DNA from: a virus
Lineage: Duplodnaviria; Caudoviricetes
Direction: 5' to 3' (one strand)
Virus record (IMG/VR): IMGVR_UViG_2974666105_000001
Coordinates: 1-64,000 of that record
DNA length: 64,000 nt
Positions 57,464 through 64,000 of this stretch are shown in pieces (positions within the stretch are counted from its first letter, which is position 1; each line of letters starts with the position of its first letter). A program made the translations under genes and the position numbers. The notes beneath the pieces are model-generated. The model did no database searches, was not told the DNA's origin, and was given only the letters and a program-made list of their open reading frames with translations.

Positions 57464-57482
57464 ATTATCAGCTCTTCTACAT

Positions 57483-57553
57483 ATTATTCATTTATGTGTA
57501 TACATATACAATATATAAACATAAATATGAATAATAATACAATATATAAACAT
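57483..57553. repeat. AT-rich element: 17-bp direct repeat inside an inverted repeat
   Basis: ATACAATATATAAACAT at 57506 and 57537; TATTATTCAT/ATGAATAATA arms. Confidence 0.75.
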
Positions 57554-57606
57554 TTTATTCATATAAAGCATTATAAAAGTCGTATTTTATTAAATCTGTG
57601 CTATTC

Positions 57607-58002
57607 TTAATAATTATTCAATCTATTAATTAATGTGTCAAGTTTTCTTGATAATTCTGAGGTGTCGATCTGCACTGACATCGCTAATTGTTTGTTAAAG
57701 TTTTCTTGCTTTTTCTTTTGAGATTCTTTCAGCAAATCGTCAGTCGACACAAAACGATCGCCGTTATCAACAATACCACCCTTTAAACTATTTTCCCAAT
57801 TCCTCCAACGTTTCGCATATTCAATAATTTTCCCGATTTCGACATTAACATTGTCTTTCTTGCCAGCACGGTCAGCATACTTAAAAATATTAAACTTATA
57901 TGCCCCTCGCATCTCGTCTTCTGTGAGAATTTTTTCCATATGATCCAACAAATCTTTCCCACCATGTTGATAGTGTTCTGGGATAATCTTTTCTTCTGCC
58001 AT
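57607..58002 (-). CDS. DUF3310-family protein
   Basis: PEHY..GG...GAYKFNIFKYADRAGKK...EIGKIIEY. Confidence 0.85.
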   Translation of the reverse strand: MAEEKIIPEHYQHGGKDLLDHMEKILTEDEMRGAYKFNIFKYADRAGKKDNVNVEIGKIIEYAKRWRNWENSLKGGIVDNGDRFVSTDDLLKESQKKKQENFNKQLAMSVQIDTSELSRKLDTLINRLNNY

Positions 58003-58013
58003 TTCAGTTCCTC

Positions 58014-58581
58014 CTATTTAAATTCAATTACGGTGTCTGATAAACTAATTTCATCACTGTCTTCTCCAAATACCAATGAAACTGGTTTCCCACTCCCATA
58101 GACAGCTGCAACACCACTAGCATTGTACTTTTCTTTCAGCTTGTTAGCAACAATATCCATAATGAATTCACTTCTGTTAATTGTTATGACATTCCGATTT
58201 TTATCATAATCGAACAAATCTAATAACTCTAGTAGCATATCCTGCTGAGCACTGATTTTATCATATTCGTTTTCATTCATAATAATCTTTTTATCCATTC
58301 TTAATTGTCTCCTCTGCGTATGATTGTAATTTATGATCAAAATAAGACATAATTTCTTTGTCAATATCTTTATTAGTTGCAATAATCGGTTCATCATCGG
58401 TACTAAACCACATGATTAAGCAATCCGTGTCTCCAAATACAAATGGATAACTAATCTTAGTGACGCTTTTACCGTCCTGATCATAACGTTCAAGTTCTAC
58501 ATTTTGTTCATTGTAAGACCCATCAAAGAAATGATCTAAAAAGTCATACATATTTTCAACTGTTAATTTCTTTTTTCTCAT
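58014..58581 (-). other. Two hypothetical CDSs (58014-58298, 58291-58581)
   Basis: ORFs with RBSs. Confidence 0.7.
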
Positions 58582-58618
58582 ATTATATTCCCCGTCTTTA
58601 TTTTATTAACTGAATACA

Positions 58619-58721
58619 ATTATAGCATTAAAACATCCAATTGTAAACAAAACTTTATGTTGACTTAAAAATAATTCCGTGTTAATATTGTATTTACAAA
58701 CAAATGAAAACTTAATAAGCT
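58619..58721. promoter_or_regulatory. Divergent sigma-A promoters
   Basis: Minus: TTTACA-17-TATAAT (58647-58619). Plus: TTGACT-17-TAATAT with TG (58660-58688) and TTTACA-17-TAAGCT (58693-58721). Confidence 0.75.
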
Positions 58722-58727
58722 ACAAAT

Positions 58728-59545
58728 ATTCAACGCAGACAACCTACTGCGGAACTAACAAATGGGTATGTGCTGGCATGGCTTTAGGGAAATTGAAGTA
58801 ATGTCAGTCGAGTCAAGTAGCAAAAAACTCCAAAAGCTACTAATCATTAAGATGAACGCTAAACCGACAAAATATCGGCAAGCGGAAGATGGGGTGGAAA
58901 GGGACAAGGTTCGCGCGGCTTGTGCTAAGTTAGACACTGGCAGATATGGTTTCTGTTATTTTCTATAAATAGGCACCGTGACTTAACTCAATCCGAAAGG
59001 CAGACTAACAGATATGTGAAAACTAAGCTTCTGGGACGGACGGCGTAGAAGCAGAAAGTTAGTTGATTGGTTGAAATACCAATTAGAGACAATTTCTCTT
59101 GTATACGCGATGCGCTCAGTGTTGCGAAACTAATTACAAGTCTTTGCTCCTTAGTCAGTGTATTAGTCTGCACTTTTTCGTTGACTAAGGCAAAGACTTG
59201 TTCCGCTCAACAACTCGTATTACAAAACTGGTAGCCGAGACTTTCGTTACTTTAAATCCTAACTAAACAAAACAAATAACAACCAAACTTGATATTAATT
59301 GGATTTGGTTTTTGGTTTTTAGTTTTTAGTTTTGGTGACACGTATGTGTGTCACGGTTGGTGCTAGACTAATAACGCTTATTAGCTACTAGCGCGACGTT
59401 GCCCGAAAGATGGTGAGAAACTGGCCCTTCGGCAGGAACACTATTCAGTTGATCCCAGCTAAGCCGAGCTGTTTTCTAAAGCGAGACCCTTAGCACTATG
59501 CTAATTAGAACATATTTGGACTTATGTTAGTTAATTATGAGATTA
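58728..59545 (+). ncRNA. Large structured ncRNA, ROOL-like core (~58990-59545) plus extra 5' domain
   Basis: Many strong stems (e.g. ACAAGTCTTTGC/GCAAAGACTTGT enclosing CTTAGTCA/TGACTAAG), dedicated promoter, and motifs colinear with ROOL as I recall it. Confidence 0.65.
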
Positions 59546-59620
59546 CAAAAAAGTGGTTGAAAAAACTATATGTTGTGTTATAATTAAATCATATAAAGTA
59601 TTAATAAGGAGTAATTTGTA

Positions 59621-60259
59621 ATGAGTGGTATTGAATCTTGGAAACTACAACCAGAGTTTTGTTTTATCGAAGTGAGCACATTAGGTAACGTGCGCACACT
59701 TGATAGAGTAGTACCATGTGGAAAAGGGACACAATTCGTAAAAGGGCGAGTGTTGAAGCAACAATGTGACAAAAACGGTTATCTACGTGTGCATTTCCGC
59801 GGAAATGGAAAAAATTTTTTTAGGTTCGTCCATCGTCTTGTGGCTCAAACTTTTATTCCTAACCCTGATAACCTACCAGAGGTTAATCACAAGGATTGTA
59901 ATCCAACAAACAATAACGTTTCAAATTTGGAATGGATTACACGTAAAGGTAACAATCAATATCGGAACAAATATGGAGTATCATACAAAGAAGCCGCGCG
60001 AAAGAAACCTGTATGTGCAATCAACTTAGATACCTTAGAAGTATACCGTTTCCCCTCACAAATGGAAGCGAGTCGCGTTTTGGGAGCTAACGTAGGACAT
60101 ATTAATGATGTTATATTAGGAAAACGAAACCACACGCACGGTTATTGGTTTACAAACGCCGATAACAATGCCATAGAAGCCACCAGAGTTAAGCTTGGCA
60201 ACAGCATGGCCCGTAAGGTTGAAGAATTGATGATTAATAAAGAATTACAATTAGTATAG
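59621..60259 (+). CDS. NUMOD4-HNH homing endonuclease
   Basis: WKLQPEFCFIEVSTLGNVR, VHRLVAQTF, VNHKD; own promoter at 59557-59584. Confidence 0.92.
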   Translation: MSGIESWKLQPEFCFIEVSTLGNVRTLDRVVPCGKGTQFVKGRVLKQQCDKNGYLRVHFRGNGKNFFRFVHRLVAQTFIPNPDNLPEVNHKDCNPTNNNVSNLEWITRKGNNQYRNKYGVSYKEAARKKPVCAINLDTLEVYRFPSQMEASRVLGANVGHINDVILGKRNHTHGYWFTNADNNAIEATRVKLGNSMARKVEELMINKELQLV

Positions 60260-60295
60260 AAACATTTGAAAAGGTAATATAATAGTAAAAAAGAG

Positions 60296-61139
60296 GTGAT
60301 TATGTTGAATGTTTCTGAGTATAAAAGAAAAGTAGATCTTGAAAATAAAGATGAAGAGTTATGTAAATATGAAGAATTTATTAAAAATGAAATAAGACAT
60401 GGGTATGATTACATTTTATTATCAGAAGACAAAAATATTGGTATTGGATTGACATATCACAAGTCATCACCATTGGCAAAAATATTTGAAAATAAAATCA
60501 ATGAAATCGGAAATGTTGATTGTCATAAAATATTTTCGAATCCGATGCGTTTGCCATCAGATGAATACTTAATTGAAAATTACTCGTTGATAGATGGAAT
60601 TTCTTACGCTGAAAAAGATGTTACAATAAAATATAAGAAATTGTTCTTTTACAAAGATATAACTGTACATGCTAAATTGCTTAAAATAAATTATTAGTGA
60701 GGGAAATATGGAGATTGGTGATAGTGTTTTAGTTCGTGGAACAACGTTAGCCGGCAAGATAGTTGAGATATTTGATCCATTTTGTATATGCGACAGTGAT
60801 AAAGAGATGTTTTCAGTTGAAATTGATAGAAAAGATAATAAAAAGGAATTAGCAATATTTGAATTGACTAGTTTACAGAAAGTGTGAGATTTATATTTGA
60901 AAGAAGTTAAGGACAATAAAATAGAAATTAACGGAGAGTTGGTTTCACTTGAAGACTTGTGCCAAGTTGTAGCCGAGTCAGATTCGATTGCAGGACTAAT
61001 TACCCAAAGATTTAATTTTATTGGATCAAATCAATCATGCCTTGATAAAATATCTAATACGGATGTTAATCCCGAACGTGGATCACATTTTTCAATTGCA
61101 GTCGCTAAATGGTGGACAGTTGAAAAGAGTGGTGTATAA
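60296..61139 (+). other. Three hypothetical CDSs (60296-60697, 60708-60887 missing from track, 60897-61139)
   Basis: ORFs with RBSs. Confidence 0.7.
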
Positions 61140-61141
61140 CT

Positions 61142-61579
61142 ATGGGATTACAACATTATGGAAACAAGGTAGAATATGATGGATTCACATTTGATAGCAC
61201 TAAAGAGTTTAACTTTTACAAGAGATTCATTAAAGATTGCGGCTATACTTTTAAAGTTCACGAAAAATTCAATCTAATTGAAAAGATAAAAATAAACGAT
61301 AAAATGTCCATTAGAAGTCTGACATATAAGCCTGACTTCATTATATTCAACAAGGATGGTGGTATTAAGCACGTTTATGATGTCAAAAATGGATATACTC
61401 CTTATGCGATTGATCGTGGAGCTGCAATATCGTTTAAATTGTTTGCTAAAAAATACGGCATTCCTGTTGAAGTTGTTGTTATCAGAACGCATGATTTTAA
61501 GACAAAAATATTGGGGACAACAAAGAAATATGATGTAAAAATTAGAAACGATGTTGACTATGATTGGAGAGAAAACTGA
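61142..61579 (+). CDS. DUF1064-family PD-(D/E)XK nuclease
   Basis: YGNKVEYDGFTFDS.KE...YKPDFII...YDVKNG. Confidence 0.85.
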   Translation: MGLQHYGNKVEYDGFTFDSTKEFNFYKRFIKDCGYTFKVHEKFNLIEKIKINDKMSIRSLTYKPDFIIFNKDGGIKHVYDVKNGYTPYAIDRGAAISFKLFAKKYGIPVEVVVIRTHDFKTKILGTTKKYDVKIRNDVDYDWREN

Positions 61580-61896
61580 TGTATAGAGAATTTAAGGGGG
61601 GACTTGACGGAGTAACCTTGGATGAAATTAAAGAAGAATTTTTTGAAGATTACTATGATCAAGAACACTCAGCAGATGAGCGAGTCGAGGACGTTAAGAG
61701 ATTTATTAAAGAACAAAGCAACGGTTTCTTTGAGGATTACTATTGTGAACAATACTTAGCTAAAACACCATCCCAACAAGTTATGTCTGATCAGGACAAT
61801 GTTTGTCATTTTGTTGAGATTATGGCATCATATGTTATTACTGGCGAAGATGATGATTTACCATATGATAAAGATTTATTTTTTATCGGAAATTAG
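61579..61896 (+). CDS. Acidic hypothetical protein
   Basis: ATG overlaps the upstream TGA. Confidence 0.75.
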   Translation: MYREFKGGLDGVTLDEIKEEFFEDYYDQEHSADERVEDVKRFIKEQSNGFFEDYYCEQYLAKTPSQQVMSDQDNVCHFVEIMASYVITGEDDDLPYDKDLFFIGN

Positions 61897-61962
61897 TTGA
61901 CTTGGTTAGCGGATAATGTTATGATTAAATAGTTGTAAGACAACATCTAGGAGGAATAAACA

Positions 61963-62931
61963 GTGATGGAAACTCAATTGAACGAGCTAAAAGGTAATGC
62001 AGTCTCAATTGTTGGGACGCTAGAATCTAAGGATCTCTCATTAGATAAAGATAAGCAAGGCAACGATATTGTTAAAGGATTAGTTCGTTTGCAAGTTAAG
62101 AATGGCAATAAGGTGAACTCATTTGTTCTCAACGTGTACAACAAGAAATTTACCAATGCTGGTAAAGAAAACAAGCTTTACAATGGAATTGTAACAGTTA
62201 TGAATGAATACAAGTCCATTGAAGAAACTGGTAGTGAAGAAACCGCTGACCGAGTTTCCGTAAATGCAGACTTGTCATACAACATTTATGCAAAAGATGG
62301 GAATATCATGGAAAACAACCGCCTACGCGCAAGTACATTCCATCGAGTAAACGGTAATCCAGGCGCAAAGGATCAGGCAATTGGTCAAATTACTGCGGTT
62401 ATTGATAGCTATGTCGACGAAGAAGATTCTAATGGCGACCCAACTGGTAAGACGTTAGTTAACGCATTTACTGTTGGTTATAATGGCCGCGTCGGTAAAA
62501 TCATGAAACTTAAGGTTGCTGGTGATCTTTCAGAGCAAATGCAGAGCTTCTTCCCAACTGGATCTACTGGCGTGCTGTCGTATGATTTATTCAATTATGT
62601 GATTGTTGAAGAACAAAGTGTTGACAATAACAGTAGCTCATTTGGTGAAATTCATGAAGTTGTACAACGCAAGTCATATGTTAACGAGCTTCTAATTTCT
62701 GGTGGAGAAATGCTTAAGAATGAGGAAGAAGCGTTAGACGAAGATCAAATTAACGCTGCAAAGGTTGCACTGCGTAAACAAAAGACAGAAGCATTGTCAA
62801 ATGACACTCAAAGTGTAACACATAAGACTGGATTTGGTAGTGCTAAGCCGAAGAGTGAATCAAATTCATCTGACCCATTTGCTAGTGGGGGCGGCAACAT
62901 TGACATTACCGATGATGACTTACCTTTCTAA
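61963..62931 (+). CDS. Single-stranded DNA-binding protein (SPbeta YorF-like)
   Basis: OB-like repeats; SSB-type acidic tail DITDDDLPF; promoter at 61897-61925. Confidence 0.75.
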   Translation: MMETQLNELKGNAVSIVGTLESKDLSLDKDKQGNDIVKGLVRLQVKNGNKVNSFVLNVYNKKFTNAGKENKLYNGIVTVMNEYKSIEETGSEETADRVSVNADLSYNIYAKDGNIMENNRLRASTFHRVNGNPGAKDQAIGQITAVIDSYVDEEDSNGDPTGKTLVNAFTVGYNGRVGKIMKLKVAGDLSEQMQSFFPTGSTGVLSYDLFNYVIVEEQSVDNNSSSFGEIHEVVQRKSYVNELLISGGEMLKNEEEALDEDQINAAKVALRKQKTEALSNDTQSVTHKTGFGSAKPKSESNSSDPFASGGGNIDITDDDLPF

Positions 62932-62963
62932 AGAATTACGATAACATTAATGGAGGATTATGA

Positions 62964-64000
62964 ATGATTGATTTAACAAAAATTAAAGCTAACAAAGTTT
63001 CGACAGACCCATCAAGTTACAGTTTCTTACTTTATGGTAGCTCTAAGATTGGTAAGACTACTTTTGTAAATGGGCTGTTTCCAAATAATCGTCTGCTTAA
63101 CATCATGACGGAAAAACGCTACGGTGCTTTAGATGGTGCCATGGTTCAATACATTTCTTCTTGGGGTGAATTTAAGCAAGTTTTAGCACAATTAAAGCGA
63201 CCAGAAGTACAGAAGAACTTCGATGCTGTCTCAATCGATACCGTTGAAAATTTGTATCGTTACGCGACTAAATTTACCGCCGGACAGTTTGGTGAGTTTA
63301 GTGTTGGTGATGGTGATGTTGGTTATGGTCGTGATTATACTCGATTAGATGAAGTTTGGTTCCGGGGATTAAAGGAACTAGAATCATTACCTTATACGAA
63401 CATCTTTGTGTCTCACTCAACTAGTATTCAGACTAAGATTCCATATATCGACTCTGATGAAGTTGAAAACATTCCAGATGCAACCACCAGTGAAGAAAAA
63501 GATGGCAGTAAGTTTATTGAGTTCACAAAGATTGTTCCAGATTTGAAACAAAAGGCGTTGGGACCCGTTTCAAAAATGGTTGATAATATCTTATTCGCAG
63601 AAAATAACTTGGTGAATGGCAAAGAAACACGCGTGTTACATCTACGTGGATCACTACAATACGATGCTGGGACAACATTTAAGAACGTTAAGCCTGTCAT
63701 TGGGTTTAGTCCAGAAGAATACACAAAAGAAGTAAAGCGATCATTAGGTGAAAACTACTCTGAAACCACTGATAAGAAAGTTCTACATGCAGATGTAAAA
63801 GATAACGAATATGACTTCAAAGAACTACTTGAAAAAACCAAAAAGGTCGCATTTTCGTTCAGTGAAAACGATGACATGAAGTCGTTAACAACTATTGTTG
63901 AATCTGTAATTGGTAAAGGCCACAAGGTTAATGACTTAGATGAAAAACGGTCAGATGACTTGCTTGTTATTTTGTCAGAATTGAAATCAGAAGCTGATAA
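62964..64000 (+). CDS. Sak4-like AAA ATPase / ssDNA-annealing protein (3'-truncated, missing from the ORF track)
   Basis: GGAGG RBS; LLYGSSKIGKTT Walker A, SIDTVE Walker B, FVSHS; open to the window end. Confidence 0.85.
   Translation, partial: MIDLTKIKANKVSTDPSSYSFLLYGSSKIGKTTFVNGLFPNNRLLNIMTEKRYGALDGAMVQYISSWGEFKQVLAQLKRPEVQKNFDAVSIDTVENLYRYATKFTAGQFGEFSVGDGDVGYGRDYTRLDEVWFRGLKELESLPYTNIFVSHSTSIQTKIPYIDSDEVENIPDATTSEEKDGSKFIEFTKIVPDLKQKALGPVSKMVDNILFAENNLVNGKETRVLHLRGSLQYDAGTTFKNVKPVIGFSPEEYTKEVKRSLGENYSETTDKKVLHADVKDNEYDFKELLEKTKKVAFSFSENDDMKSLTTIVESVIGKGHKVNDLDEKRSDDLLVILSELKSEAD

Noticed and set aside
58755-59173. Short ORFs of 60-68 aa in the track
   Set aside because: No clear RBS, overlapping on both strands; the region is better explained by RNA structure.
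1-64000. rRNA, IS transposases, host chromosomal genes
   Set aside because: None recognised; the whole window reads as phage DNA.

Overview
This window is about 64 kb of a large cos-type Lactobacillus siphophage, probably Tybeckvirinae and similar to L. plantarum phage ATCC 8014-B2. It is assembled across the cos junction (TAGGGCGCTCA, 35390-35400). Layout: end of a DnaE-type polymerase (+); then, on the minus strand, a tyrosine recombinase, lysis, tail, head and packaging genes (1122-32557) with a tRNA/ncRNA island between terS and terL; a short + block; cos; an early module of small genes, most with their own sigma-A promoter (36135-39946); many small accessory genes and an SPbeta-like replisome (RecJ-like, primase, helicase, dNK); an ORF-poor, highly structured ~0.8-kb ROOL-like RNA locus; then HNH, SSB-like and Sak4-like genes (+). 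Strongest leads: (1) the major capsid and major tail genes each have a hidden +1-frame extension encoding the same 23-aa peptide, which resembles the two FN3 strands missing from the N-terminal domain of the protein encoded next to the capsid gene, suggesting a split-domain decoration system; (2) ten late-region junctions share one architecture, a hairpin of any sequence followed by 1-2 nt and TACATA (UACAU is the Firmicute MazF site); (3) two oversized tRNA-shaped RNAs with intact acceptor stems and T arms; (4) a large ROOL-like RNA with an extra 5' domain; (5) a protease-capsid fusion with an A_AAA_AAG slippery site, and apparent AUC/AUU starts for portal and protease. All family assignments come from motif recognition by eye; no searches were run.
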